Shown here: piece after piece, positions 11,801 to 25,557 of the stretch
Layout of the letters: every line of letters begins with the position of its first letter
Numbering within the stretch: position 1 is the first letter of the stretch
Assembly (NCBI GenBank): GCA_904063045.1
Contig: CAJFCJ010000007.1
Location: 1,991,404 to 2,055,403 of the forward strand
Origin: Dimorphilus gyrociliatus
Taxonomy: Eukaryota > Animalia > Annelida
Direction of reading: 5' to 3'
DNA length: 64,000 nucleotides
The notes under the pieces: generated by a model
The model's input: only the letters and a program-made list of their open reading frames with translations
Told to the model about the DNA's origin: nothing
The model's database searches: none
Program-made: the position numbers and the translations under genes

Positions 11801-14800
11801 TCGTGTGCCGCACAGCAAACAAAATCGCCTAATGGATGTTTTGCTAATCAATGATCTAGTCTTGAATTCGACGCTCTTACTCTTTAATTATTTTTTAACC
11901 CGGTTGGTTGCGCACGAACAGACAGATTGCGGGCGGGCAATGAAAGAAGGTGATTAAGTAAGATTACGCAACCATCTAGCCGCGTACAATCATCAATCAT
12001 TCACTTACTTTTGCATTCGTTACCCGCGTCGTTGATCGTAAAACCAGCTTTGCACACGCATTCGCCCTGTATGTCGTACCAGTTTCCGGTCGAGGAACAA
12101 TACATTGTTGGTGGGCTAGCACCTCTAGGCTGAGTATTCGATACACAACTACCAGTGATTTTGGGCGGGGTGGGCTCGTCGCTTGATAGAGATGAAGTGT
12201 TTCTAAAGTAAGCCAGCTTCCTTGTATGAGCTTTACATATTGTGTGAGATAACTGAATTCTAACAACATGAGTGCAAGAGCCCTCGTCCAATAGAGCTAT
12301 GTAAAATCCTTTCTTCTTTGGCCGAAATTTATATGTTTCGACATTTAGATAATTTATTAAAAAGTCATCATAACGTGTTTCTTGTGCTCGCCATAATTTA
12401 GTCCCAGGAATTTGCTTGATAACTTCCCATGATGACTTTCTCCAACCCGGAGTCAAATTGTTAGCTATATCATCTGACGCTTCGAAAGCAAGTAAGGTAA
12501 ATGAATGCTTACATTGCTTTTTGTCATCTTTGTTATTGAGATCTTCACAATCTCGCATAAGAAAAGACAATTCGATTTCTAATTCTGTTGCTTCCTCCCC
12601 AATTGTCATAAATGGAGAGCGTAACCAGGAACTAGTAGAGCGTGTTCCCTTAGAACAGACGCCGATACTGCTTATCGGTCCGGGAGCCAAGAATGGAGCG
12701 GATATGGAAGATTCTTCCCACTGTGAACAACGGTGAATAAAAGGTCAGTATGCATCGGTTTATTGGAAACGAGTAAGCCGTTTAAAGGTCGGATGGTGTA
12801 AATGTGTATGAAGATAGAGTGAGGATGAAAGAAAGAAAGAGATAAAAAGGAAGGCGAACGAGAAAGAAAGAGAGAAAGAGAGCTGGAGAGAATAGAAAGA
12901 AAAACTGAAAAACGGAGGAGATTTTATTGGAAAGATAAAAAGGCAGAGAAATATACTTTGTCGGAACTCTATTAGTAACAGATTATAGACGATATATTTG
13001 CTTTCAAAACGAGGGTAATAGAACGAAATAGGATTTCTGAAATGGCAAAAGTGAAAAAGCATGCTGCATGTATATATCATTAGTGATTGCAGTAAGCGGA
13101 CAAACAAACAACTCTAAAGCAATTAACGTAAACCAATTAACCAACCGGCAGCTTCTGACCGGCCGTGGGCTTAATACGCTCTGATTGTACAAATGTATAC
13201 AATATTAATACTCGCACTATAGGATGTTTTCGTTGGGAGTTACACTCTAGTTTCCTAATACCCAAGTAGGTTGCACAAGCTCTGTATATACAGTGCTTTG
13301 AAAAAAGAAAGAAAAAGAGAGTAAATTTAGCGTTACCGATACGCGAGAATGGTATAGAAAGAGCGGAATCTTTGATCATGGACTATGGAGAATTAACGCT
13401 GGGGGCTGGGAAGCTTATCGACGCTCGTAATGACGTCATATAACTGGTAGGTAATTTGAGACAAAGATTACGTAATAAGTAAATTGCATGAGATAGTGTT
13501 CGGTTTGCAATCTGAAATGCAAATGAACGCGTAAATTAGAAGAGCAAATCGATAGGATCGTGCAATTTTTTTCAAATCAATCCAAACCGGATAATGGACG
13601 ATTGAAAGAGCGTTATAAGTGGCTTTAGCTACCATCTATCATAAAATATACAATAAGACGTATGGTTGCTGAATAGCTAAGAATAGCCGGAGACGTTGAT
13701 ACTCTTAATTGTAATTGGTTTAACGATAGTAGCTATTATTATTTAAGAGATTGAAAAGCGGCCTGGCAGGAAAAATTTAAACTATTCAATAAATAAGAAA
13801 AGCTCAAATAGGATGACTAAGTTGGAAAAACATTTAACAAAGTAGCGGTAACAATGTTTCCGTCTACAAATTGTTAAAAGTTTAAAATTTAAATATTAGA
13901 ATAGTCACGTTTCCTTATCTATTTTCTCTCTATCTTGCATATATTTGTCTATACTATTTATAAATGTATATACTGTATATATATATATATATATTAATAT
14001 ATATATATATATATATAACAGTTAAGTTTTTCACTTTAAACAAATACACAAATTATGTTCACACATTCACATATGGTATTTATAGATAACTTTGGACACA
14101 ATATAATAATGTTGCACATAAAATGTACTATATATATACACTCTATATACTATATATGATAAATTGTATATTGCGTATAAATATGTATTTATATATATTT
14201 TTGTATGTTCTCATCTATGCAATATACGTATACTATATTACTGTACTGTGTATACGGAATACTGACTTAATTGATGGATGGCTTTCCATCACGTGATGCT
14301 TGGCTGTGCAGCTGTCTGATAACATTCAAAAGAAAAGAGTTGAAAGGCGCTATTTAACCCCGATTTACTTATAAATTCAACCTAAAACCCATACGAAGTT
14401 GCACAAAAACTTCTATCCCAAAGAAAGTCGAACCTGTCGGCCTCCTCCGAGAAAGAATCAATCAAACAATTCGATTAAGGCCTAATGGTGGTAATGGGCG
14501 GCACTCACTTCGTCACAATGGAAGCATATCGGACAAGCGGCGCAGGTGTCATTCCCTGCAGCCAAATTTTTTAAACGCGTTCACAAATATTAGCCTTTTT
14601 CCATAAGTTTGCGACAGCTGCCGATCTGCTTGGTAGGCCGATGGAAATAATTTGGCTAGAGCAAACGGGAGGAAAAGAATAATATACAGCAAACGGCACG
14701 TACTTACTAAATGCACTGAAACGATAGACTTTGTCAACAAAATCACGCTTTTACCCCCTTCCCCGTCTCTAGAGTCTCCCCTTGAGTTAAACTTTCCAAA

Positions 14801-15098
14801 GTTATATATGTTAGTTACTTTTTGGCCTTTTTCGACTTTTTGTCCTCTTTACTGAACTTGGCCTAATTGAAACTATAGGATGGAGAAGTTAGGGCGAAAG
14901 AAAGGGCAACGGAACAACACATAAAATGTTCGTATAAACAAACCGGCGGCTGTAAATTCGATTACTGATCGTTAATATGCAGCGTACTGTTGGCTAGTTC
15001 TATCTTTGCAGTAAAAGAAGTATGAAAACTTACCGCCCGTTTGTTGTTTCTCTCCCACGAGTTGTAATTTTCCGTTGTTAAGCTATCATAGATTGTTA
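8886..15098 (-). CDS. Eph: Eph receptor tyrosine kinase (first/signal exon upstream of 15098 not confidently located)
   Basis: 65-nt exon 15098-15034 ([22 protein letters not shown]) splices in phase to WEESS... at 12720 (ligand-binding domain). Then Cys-rich region, two FN3 repeats, TM ([26 protein letters not shown]), juxtamembrane [11 protein letters not shown], kinase (GGGEFG, VAIK, HR|[19 protein letters not shown]), SAM domain and C-terminal PDZ ligand DGAFMV. Confidence 0.97.
13967..14017. repeat. Compound (TA)n microsatellite in an Eph intron
   Basis: tatatactgtatatatat...attaatatatatat read directly. Confidence 0.9.
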
Positions 15099-18000
15099 CT
15101 GAAATAATAAAAAATCATAAATGAAATATTTAAATAGACATTTTACAAAAAAAAAATGGAAAAGTAAGATTGGATAATAGAGGGAAATATCAAACTTTAT
15201 GATGGAAACTGTCATCGGGTAAGAAGCTTACTTTTTATGAGATTATGTAATATGAGAAATATTTGTGGGGTGCGTACGCGACAGAATAAGCAATGCATTC
15301 AATAAAGAACGCACATGTAAAAAAGTGGAGTAAACGAACATTTGCACGCATCATTAGAGTGATTAGATGCCAGTCACCGCTTTTTTCTCCAAATCGGCGT
15401 TTAAAGCGTTTCACTCTCGAATAAAGACATCCTCATTTTTCTCTCGCTAATACAGTGACGGAACAGAAAAGGCGTCACGTTTAATCCGATTTTGAATGAC
15501 CGTAATTCAATATGGGGCAGGCGTCACTGGAAATATTTAAGTACACTCTAACAAGTCTCTCGACTGATCGCATCAATTTGCGAGTGCTAATGAAAGCCGT
15601 ATCCGTATACATTCGAACTTACGGCATCTACTTAAACATGATGTGCTCTCTTATCATCTGAAAACAGACGCCCGAGTCTGAGCAGTTTGCGCGTTTAATA
15701 TTTTTTGTCATTAATTTTAAAAATAAAGAGAAGGCGAAAAAAATCAATGAAACAAATATCGATCGAAAAAGTAAAAACTGCAATAAATCAGCAAAGTTGA
15801 TTGCAAACGTCATATCCGGGTCAGTTATTGACGAGGAGTTATAAGCTTATACGTTTTCTTGTCTTTTTAATTTCCGTCCGATCCATTGTGCCTAGAATAA
15901 ACACTACTAAAAGCAGTTTACACACCGGTATTTAAAAGGCTAGTTTAGTAAAAAAAATGTGTACATTTTCTCATCTATCAGGCTTTCTACTTTAATATAA
16001 GAAATATTAGCCTATTAATATATTACAATGTTTCGAATTGGACTTGTCCCTATATGTCTACATAATAGATGAGAGAAAAGATGAGAATATGAAAACGTTT
16101 ACTAGTTTACACATAATGCATACTAGACATATGATGTCGGACAAAAGACTATATAAATTTTCCAATAGTATACATAGGTCTAACATACGAAATATAATGA
16201 GCGGTTTTGAAATATCTTGGGTCGTCATCGTCGTCTCTATCGATTATCGGTAAACTGATCAACGGCGTAGGTGACTGAGTGGAAGAATGTGCGCCATATC
16301 GACTATTTTATCTCTTGTCTATGGAGACTATAAAGCTCATCGTGGACGGCGATCTACGCCATTTATAAATCGATACTGGACGGTCTTTATCAGAACTCGT
16401 CAGTCACGCGAGGCGTCATTATGTATTCTAAAAAGGACCAAATGGTTGAGTTATACTCGGAGAAAAGAACGGCCTCGAAACGTTTACCAAAAACAAATTA
16501 CTCCTTTCCTCTTACAAAAGAATACATTATTGCTGTCGGTATTTTAATTGAAACTATATCGGTCGAAGCCGGTCCTATCTACCTCTCTATACAGACGAAT
16601 AATAAAATTCATTGGCAATTCGACGTAGGATTTTTTACACGCCTCCCTTTCCGAAAGCCTACGTGTTCGGACTCGTTGAATAATTGATGGAAAAGCAACT
16701 ACACCTTGATCCAAATATATCAAGCGATGGACATATATGTAAAAGACAAAAAGAGTATTCATATTTCGTTTAAATATTCCAAGAATAACCCCACCTTTTA
16801 ACAAAGGAGTGGAAGAATCTTACTCTTTTCATTATAAACATCAATATGAAAGAAAGCCGTGCGAACAAATGCATGCACGTGTTAGAAATTTAAAACGATC
16901 GGTTTGTTTTCATATATACAACAAGGACTTTTGATACAAACCGTCTGCAAAAATGAAATAGCAGAGGAAAAATGCAAAAAATTGACCTTTTTATTACTCC
17001 CGATTTTCCTCGTTCCCATGTCTCTTAGCTTCCTTTTTTATTGTATATATGATTATCAGTGAAATTTCCTAGTCGCTGAATAATTGAGGAATGGTTGAAC
17101 TTTTTCATTTTCATTAAATGAAGGGTCGATAATTGAAAATGGAAGGGAGGAATAAATCACGCAATTCAAAGACAAAAAAGGGATATTGTTATCACATTAT
17201 GTACATTTTATCGTACGGAGCTTTAACTGCCAGGTATACGACAATGAGCAATCATGCTTCATTAACTACATTTGCATACGTCCGTGGTGTTAGTGAATAG
17301 AACTGTCAGTCGAGAGATTCGGTGCTTTGCACGAGGGACGACAGTGCCGTCATTACATTTTGCCTGTTGGCGCTGGAGGCCTATAAAACTCTGTCATATA
17401 GCGCATAAACTATAAATATATGTAACTACAGTTCTACATGCAGATGGAATAAATATAGTTTTCTTTTTCCATCTTAATATTTCGAAAAGAAAATGAGAAT
17501 GGAGCATAAATTGCGAATTAAATGAATGAACGTTGCTAAATAACGACGCTATTCATTCTCATTACTCCAACAATGACTGAAATAGAGCATTATATCAAAA
17601 TAGAATGAATCATAAATTCTCCGCTTTAACCAAAAATATTGCAAAAATTTTAATGAATAATTTAATTTTCTAATCTGAGTCTTTTCTTTTTTCATTCATT
17701 TAAAACAAAGACTCTAGTAGGAGGAAAATGAATCGCATACTCTAACTGCAGACACTAATAGCCGCTTTCTGATAGTTTGTAATCTTTCAATGTCAAGCGT
17801 TTGCGGGGAAGAACCCGCGAAACTCTACAAGCTTTCCTAGCCAGCGTCGAATTACGGTAACGAGATATATTCTCTTGCGGATAATCTCTCGTACAGTTTG
17901 TCTTGTGTAATCCTACCGACATTAGAGGAGTTGTTAAAAAAATCGTTTCTCCAACCTTTTAAAGTAGTGGAAAATTGTAATAGTCCACAAAGGAAGTAAA

Positions 18001-18322
18001 CAACTTCTAATATCATCTTTTCTCTTTTCTTCTATTTCCTGCTAGTTGAGCGATCATTTCACTCTTTACACATCAAACGCGCGTTCCGAACTGAGTTTTG
18101 ACCGACCCTTGTATTTAATATTCATATGACGATTAGCAGCCAATCAGCGTTGAGTTGCCGGGAGTGCCAACATTCAAATTGTAGCCTTTGTGTCAAATTG
18201 ATGCGAAAACGAATTAATCGACTATTCGTAATTTTATATACTGGAAGAAGATACCATAAGGCAGTAAAGTTAATAAGATTTAAACGTTTAATTTAGTTAA
18301 TTTTATCGTATGTTCTGCCCTG

Positions 18323-18332
18323 TAGATGGCAG
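18323..18332 (+). promoter_or_regulatory. CTCF-like motif TAGATGGCAG upstream of the unknown gene
   Basis: About 110 bp before the ATG at 18444. Confidence 0.5.
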
Positions 18333-18443
18333 TTTTTAAAATATTGAATGGAATAGAGGAAACAGTTCTTTTAACTTCCGCTGTCAAGTTAAATAATGCA
18401 CCGCGCCAAGTATATTTATTGACGTTAATTTTTCAATAATTCA

Positions 18444-19498
18444 ATGATGTCAGACTCCCGTAGAGCAAGAATCAAGAGTCCAAAAGAAGATGATGATGAC
18501 CCGTCCTTTTCGCCGCAACCGTATCCACAACACTTTCCTTACCCAATTTATCCTCCTCCTATACTTCCTGCAAGGCCAACAAATTACTCTGGTGAAGATC
18601 CCCTGGTCGGTAAATACGTTTACGTGGTAAGATCTTCAAAATAAATAAGTAAAACCGACAAAATTAAGGAAATGTTTTCGCTATTTTTCAACAGCCTCCT
18701 CTCCGTGTTGATAAACGTACATTAGATCATACTGTTGAGGGTTTTCTTCAACGAGAACTGCAAAGTCTAATTCGAAATGAGGCAACAAGCTTACTGAAAA
18801 ATCCGAGTGATAAGAAGTTGTCATATGAAATAGCAAACAATATTATTGATGAAGTAGTTCATTCTGAGTGCCTTCAGATCGTTCGGAAAAATGTTAATAA
18901 ATTTGCCGAAAGCCATCTGCACCTGGCTCACGCTCACGAGTTACTTGTCGCCTTTTTGAACGAGATGTTACGGGATGAATTGTTACCGCCAATACTCTTA
19001 GAAACTTGGCTAGAAGAAATGGCAATAATTGTATTGCCATCCATCTTAGACGAGGGAATGGATATTAAAAGCGTTGTTGAATCGGCTATGGGTGATATAC
19101 ACAAAGAGGAAAGAAAGGGGAATGTTAAAGCTCTACGACGAGACGGGGGAGAGCGCCTGCTAGAACACGTAGCGTTATCGTATCTGCTATCATTTTCCGC
19201 AAGGCAGGGCCAACTTGTAGCCCCTAATGAGTATGCTTCATATTTTCTTGACAGTCTAATAAGTGATGTTTTGCTGAGTCAACATTTTCAAGTTTATACC
19301 GATAGAAGATCCATGTTTGATCATAAGAGCCTTAGACGGTTTCACGAAAAGGCTTTCACGGATACATTGACGCTGGTTCTTGTCGACTCATTAAAAGAGT
19401 CTCTTGACGAGGATAATCAAGATTTACAACATCACGAAGAGGGTATTGAACAAGTACATAATTCTAGACTTTATGGTCGCCTATTGGAACCTATTTGA
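18444..19498 (+). CDS. Uncharacterised protein, about 328 aa, Pro/Tyr-rich N-terminus followed by a largely helical acidic region
   Basis: Two exons (18444-18626, 18695-19498) joined in frame by a GTAAG...CAACAG intron. Long stop-free frame with coding-like composition; no family recognised. Confidence 0.8.
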
Positions 19499-22400
19499 TT
19501 AAAGTATTAGTTTATTGAAAGAAACTGTCAGGAAAGTCGAAGAGTGTACATGTTTCCAGAAAATATGTTGATAAAATTTGTTTCTGTACGAAAAACCAGA
19601 AAGGATATTCAATAGACTAGCGATTTTTTTTTATGTAGCAGTTACTACTTCTAATGATGTATCAATGATTTTATCGATCATTCATATGAAATTTATCAAC
19701 TAGTCCAGCCATTTTTCCATAGACTTCCAAACTATAAATCAATTAAATATATGATTAGAAAAGAAAAATACTTAATAAATTCATGGACGTTGTTTTATGT
19801 TTCCTTATGAAATCGCCTTAAAAAATCGAAATGATTTTAGTAAAGAAAATTAATCGTTATCGATAAAATCATACGTTAAGGGATAATCGGTTTCGAATGT
19901 CGAATAATTCATTTTCAAAGCTATAATATAGCCATTACCATAGCAACGTTTATTCATAATTTCAGTCATCTCTCTTTTGAATGGAGATAGCACTTGGTGA
20001 GAACACACGCTTTTCAATACTTGACAGTATGAAAGAAGAGACTAAAAATCATTTAAATGGCGATTGAATAACGGTGGAATTGGAATTATTCAGATATTTG
20101 CACGGACCACAGTAAAGAGAATTTCTTAAAGAGATCGTAAATTACAAGCCCATTTTGAGGAAGAGGCATTATTACTGTCGACTGTTACAAATTGGGATTA
20201 GGGTTGGAAATCAACAATAATAAACTTCGTGTTTCATATAATTACGACCGGTATTTCCCTTAATAATTGACTGCTTCGCACCTGCCACCCAGTAACCGTT
20301 AGGAGGGTGAATAGAGATTTTTTCTCCTATTCGAAAATTCTTCTCCATAATCTTGACACAAGGGATTTTGATGCATTTATTCTCGTGAGACGAATAGCTC
20401 CTAGTTCATTTAATCTCTTTAGTACTAATACTTTGCTAGTAATTTATTTACGTATCACTTATTTGCTGCAAATATATTTTTTGACAAATTCATAACCTTA
20501 TTACAAAAGTAATATATAACAAAGATTTAATTTAATCCTTTGTTGGTTATATTTAGACTTGCATTTCTATTGCTAAAGAAAATATAGTACAGTAATGTTC
20601 AAATTGATGTAAAGAAATTCTCTCTATTGACTAGGCTTACACTGCTTGATATGTATTAATACCATTTTTTTGAGAGATGTAATTGAAGGGTGCAGTTTGG
20701 ACGTTTGTTGAGTTTGACGAGCCTTATTTTATGTAACAAACTCCAAACATTCACTTGCAATCAAAAAAACAAGTTTTATCGAAATTGTTATTTTTTCCAA
20801 AAAAAAGGAATAGAAAATCTAGCGGAAATTGACGTTTATCTGTTAGAAGAAACAATTTTTATCAATATTATCACATAGATTCGGGTAAAATCAACAAAGT
20901 GGAAAACACTATGAGTGCTCTAATACACTTGTTTTGTGTAAATAATGTAAGATTTCTTCTTATGTGAACCTAAGCATAATTCGCCTTCGGTCGTAACATC
21001 CTTATTCTTGGGTTCCTACAGCATTTCCGGCTACAGGAAGTTAATATTATGTTTTCTATTCGTAGTCTGTTTTTCTGTTCTACATTCTTTTCATTCTCCC
21101 CCACCTTTCCGTAATCTTTCGATCAGAGGATTCATCGTTGTAGCAAATTCGATGTCAAATCGGTAATTATCCAACATCAATCCTGAGTGGTCTAAATAAG
21201 CGCATCCGGGACCAAAAATAAATAGCTATTTGATCCTACACTGATACAATTATAATATATCTATTTTTTATGGACCTATACTTTTAGGTATCTTTTTAAT
21301 AATATCTTTTTGATAGGTTCCATCCAGTGAGAAAAGATCAATATCTGATAACTTCAATTGGCTATAGATCGAGCTGGAATAGTTTTAGGTCATCACCGTT
21401 TGAACTTTGTTCTCGAAGAGAAAATAACACGAACAATTTTAAACATTATTTTTTTTAAAAATTGCGGACATAACTTAATTAAGTTGGAAAAGTCATTTTC
21501 GACAAGCTATTTATATCAATCAGTCCTTAGTCTTTCTACCAATTACTAAGCAACCAGAATCTTTCAGCCCGTAATTGAAGTCATTCTTATAATTACAGGA
21601 AAATACAGAATTTCGACCTTTGGTCACTATTAAGAATCTTATTAATTGATTTTGTTCATCTTGAAAGGTAGGTTTTTAATCGAAAATCTTTAAACATTCC
21701 GATTATTTTTCAGATATCGAGGAAAAGTCTTTAAATTGCTATCAATCGTTAATTGGATTCCATTAAAAAGGAAATAAAGAAAAGCCAATTTTAATTGAGT
21801 GGCATTGGTTTCTAAATCCCTCCCATTCGACTACTAGTTCTACGAAGTGTTAAAAAAAAGAAACACAAATGTGAGGATTTAAAACCCTCCATACATCCTT
21901 CATTAAGATTCTTTCAAGTGGAGAGAATCTTATTTAAAGTTTTATACAGCTTACCTTCTTCTAATCACCCACTTAATATTATTTAAAGTCTAATTTTCAA
22001 AATGATCTAAACAAGATATCGATATTTCCTATTTTTAATGACTTTTATGTTCCGAAAGATAACAGAGAGTCATAAAAAATGAATTACAAGGAGGATAAAA
22101 AGATTAAGAGGCTAAGGTTTAAAGCTTCACTTCTTTGCTTTGCATCAGTAACAACGATCGAAAAGCGGTAAATGGCTTTAAGTAGTAGGAACCGCGTCTA
22201 AAAGCAGGGACAAGATCTTTTTATCAGCGAATTCTGCACCGACAATATGCATAGTTTTATAATTTTCTGACAGAATTCTTTTGAATAACTATGCACTAAC
22301 ATAACAAATTAGGTATAAATATGTCAGTGGAACGAGACTGTAATCGTGAAAGCGACCAACTACAAATTTAACATGGGAAAAGGGTACTGAATAACAGTGC

Positions 22401-22991
22401 ATGACATTGATTAATCGACTCAATATCAACTATTCATAATTAACCGACAAAAAGAAACCTAGGATTAGATTTCTGCCTGAGGAATAGCTCCGAAAAAAGG
22501 GTCAAATTCTATCTATTGATCATCCAATGCAGTGAGACTATACTATAAAAGTTGGCCAGTCTAATTTTGGGAAATGCTTTTGCTTTTTAGTTTCACATGT
22601 TTATCCTTATTTTATTTGGAGAATTGAATTATGAAAAACCTTTGAATCCTTGAAAGGTTTTTTTTATCTGAATTATTGATTGCTAATTGCTAATTTTTCG
22701 TCTTATAAGATAATTTTTACTCTATTGTAATAGTTATTATTGTTAACTTGATAAGTTATCTATCTTAAATTTTTCATTTTATTCATATAGACTGTGTAAT
22801 TTGTCAATTAGACATGCTCTGCTGGCAGCTTCACAAAAAGTTACCCTAAGAAATAGCTCTCCGCATGGCTTGTAATTGAAAGAAGGCCCCTATACAAACA
22901 AAATAAAACTAAATAAGTCGACGAATAAAGGGCATAAAATTGAAAATGGATGGACTGTTAAATTATATTTATTCTTCTCTAGAAACATATG

Positions 22992-23001
22992 GCGCCATCT
23001 A
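22992..23001 (-). promoter_or_regulatory. CTCF-like motif TAGATGGCGC
   Basis: Exact core match, intergenic, about 770 bp upstream of the SLC46-like ATG. A second variant (AGGTGGCGC, minus strand) lies at 23671-23679, about 90 bp before that ATG. Confidence 0.5.
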
Positions 23002-23770
23002 CCGTCTAAGATTTCATTTAAGAATTTACATATTTTTTCAACAAAAGACTACATTCATATATTAATTATATAATAAAGAACTAGGCCAAGTTTTTTTATA
23101 TAGTTAAAAAGTGCTAATCAAAAATTGATAAATTAATTTTGTCGGCTTTCGTTTACAGATTCCACTACAAAATTTATTCATTAGTTTTTTTCAAAAATTG
23201 ATTAGATCAAAGGTCTGCTTTTTTTTCAACTGTTGTAGAACATATGAATAAATCTATAAAGGAATGAAGGACTGATTAAAATCATAAAAATATTACGAAA
23301 AGGTAAATAAAACTTGAATGAAAAATCAACATTTCGTACTGTTGAATTAGACTAAACTCAATAATTGTGTCTCGTCCCCTAACTAGTTGCTCACAATTTA
23401 CTGCCACTCTTAATATACTATTTGTTTTAATCGATTAGATTATGTTCAGCTTGTAATCAAATTATTCTGGTTTCATATGCGTCGGCTTAAACCGGAATCT
23501 ATTTTTAAATAGAGTACATGCTTGGAGATCATTTAACAGTAGAAAATAAAATCATATAATACAATGTTAGGCCTCTATGGCATAATTAAACTAAATAGGT
23601 ACTAAGGTATTAGGTAATGTTTAAAACCTCCCGCCAAAAAAACAATACGGGTATACTTTCTGGTTTTAAAGCGCCACCTCTATTGGCCTTCACCTTTAAG
23701 ATTATCCAAAACTTTATCAAACAAACGAATATTATAGAATTATGGTTTTTTTAAGAGTGATTGCACAATA

Positions 23771-25309
23771 ATGGAAGATATTTCTGAAACTACGCCCATT
23801 CTCTCTCCTACTGTTTCTGCGGAAAATGAGGAGAAGAAAGAGGTTATTGTATTTGCTCGCCAGCAAAGAGCTCCAATTTGTACACTTCCAATTGAAATTG
23901 CAGTTGTATTATACTTCTTGAGCATGTCAGCTGGAATGCCAATCCTTTCCCAGTATGTTTACGAGAGAACTGCAACAGAATTCAATGCTACGGCTGAAAT
24001 TAATGTCACTTGCTCGGAAAATGACACTGATTTAGATAAAACTATTCAAAGGAATGCTTCAATGAAGATGTTTTGGTTGAATTTATCAATGATGGGGCCA
24101 TCAATTGTGGCAACGTTGTTTTATAGCTCGTATAGCGATTCAATTGGGAGAAAATTGCCCTTGTGTCTTCCTATTTTCGGGCTTGCTGTCCACTATATAT
24201 CAATGTTTCTGGTTACTCATTTTTCTGCCGATATAAGATGGCTATATATTCCATTTCTATTTGAGGGATGTATGGGAGGTTCTGTTACGTTTATCGCAGC
24301 TGCATTTTCTCATCTATCGGACAGAACAACTACAGAACAAAGATCGTTCAGGATAATCGTAATGGATTTCTGTATGGGATTTACAAGTGCCCTTATGAAT
24401 TTACTGTCAGGGTATATCATAGAAGGACTTACTTATTCGTATACTTTCCTTTTACTATTTGCTATCTCAGTTTTATGTTTAATTTACTCACTAGTTTTCA
24501 TATCGGAAACCATAAAAAGAGAGAGTGAAGCCAAGCACAAGATTTGGAAAAATATTAAGAGATGCTTTCAAGTCTTTTTCTCAGAGCATCATCGTCGCAG
24601 AAAAAAACTACTTACTTGCCTTATGCTAGTTTTACTATGTGCTCCAGTGGTTTCGAGAGCAGACATTATAACGTTATATTTTAGGACTAGACCTCTTTGC
24701 TTTAGTCGTATAAAAATAGGCCTATTTAATTTCGGATGGCTTATATCCTCCTACGCTGGTGGTATAACATTAACGGCACTATGTCGAGATAGAATTGGCG
24801 ATACAGGCTTGATTCTAGTCGGCTGTTTAAGTATTTCTCTTTCAACATTACTCAATGCATTTACAACACGAATAGTCGAAGTTGTTTTAGTTGTTTTGCT
24901 AAGTTCTTTCGTCGTTCTACCAGTATCAATGACAAGGTCTTTCGCTTCTAAATTGGTGGATCGATCAGATTACGGTTGGGCCAATAAACGAAACATATAC
25001 AATTAACTTGTAGATTTAATGGTGTTGTATTTTTTTACACAGGATCAATCTTCGCAGGAATTGGATGCTTACAATCAATAAGCTTTTTATTATTTACATT
25101 AGCCTTTGATGGGCTTTTTGCCGCAACAGCTGGATCGTTTAAGGGATCCGTTTTTATTCTTCAATCATTCATGGGAATTGTTTCTTTGTTTCTAGCAGTG
25201 TAAGTCCACAAAGTACAATTATATTCTTAGCATTAAATAGTGTTTGTAAAATTTTAGACTCCTGATTATTTGGTCGAAGAAGGCTGGTAGGCTTATAAAT
25301 AATCCTTGA
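23771..25309 (+). CDS. MFS transporter, SLC46A (PCFT/SLC46A3)-like
   Basis: Multiple hydrophobic TM segments, MFS loop motif SDSIGRK, N-glycosylated first loop and N-terminal ETTPIL dileucine-like signal. Two short 3' introns extend the ORF to a stop at 25307-25309. Confidence 0.88.
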
Positions 25310-25447
25310 TTATCGGATTTGACAAACTATCTGTCAAGAGAGTTATTCCCGACATAAAGTGATCAAAGTAACAACAAAGCAACATAAAAACTATTTAAAG
25401 TTGTGAAAATAGTATTTTAAATCATTTATTCCTATAAATAATATATG

Positions 25448-25477
25448 TATATACAGTATATATATATATATATATAT
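25448..25477. repeat. (TA)n microsatellite interrupted by CAG
   Basis: tatatacagtatatatatat, between the convergent SLC46-like and CAPN15 genes. Confidence 0.9.
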
Positions 25478-25557
25478 TTAAAATTGCATTTTCAGGAATT
25501 TGCTATTGAAAATAAAAAATAAATATTCGTTTGCAAAATGTCAGAAAATTTTAATAA

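Noticed and set aside
12760-14855. ORFs in the Eph intron (12760-13107, 13004-13192, 13137-13379, 14549-14746, 14652-14855), some signal-peptide-like
   Set aside because: They derive from GA-rich or AT-rich low-complexity sequence and lie inside the intron defined by the in-phase 15034/12720 junction. There is no consistent splice chain.
15008-15025. GTAAAAGAAGTATG resembling part of miR-1, and CTAGTGCCGC near 32864 resembling part of miR-252
   Set aside because: Partial matches only, without the seed or a precursor hairpin.
15221-16870. Several candidate Eph first exons (donors near 15231, 16703 and 16821)
   Set aside because: None has both a convincing signal peptide and a strong phase-1 donor, so it is left unassigned.
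22634-22662. Hairpin followed by a T-run resembling an intrinsic terminator or Helitron end
   Set aside because: Not a bacterial context, and no Helitron CTRR end or matching 5' TC boundary was identified.
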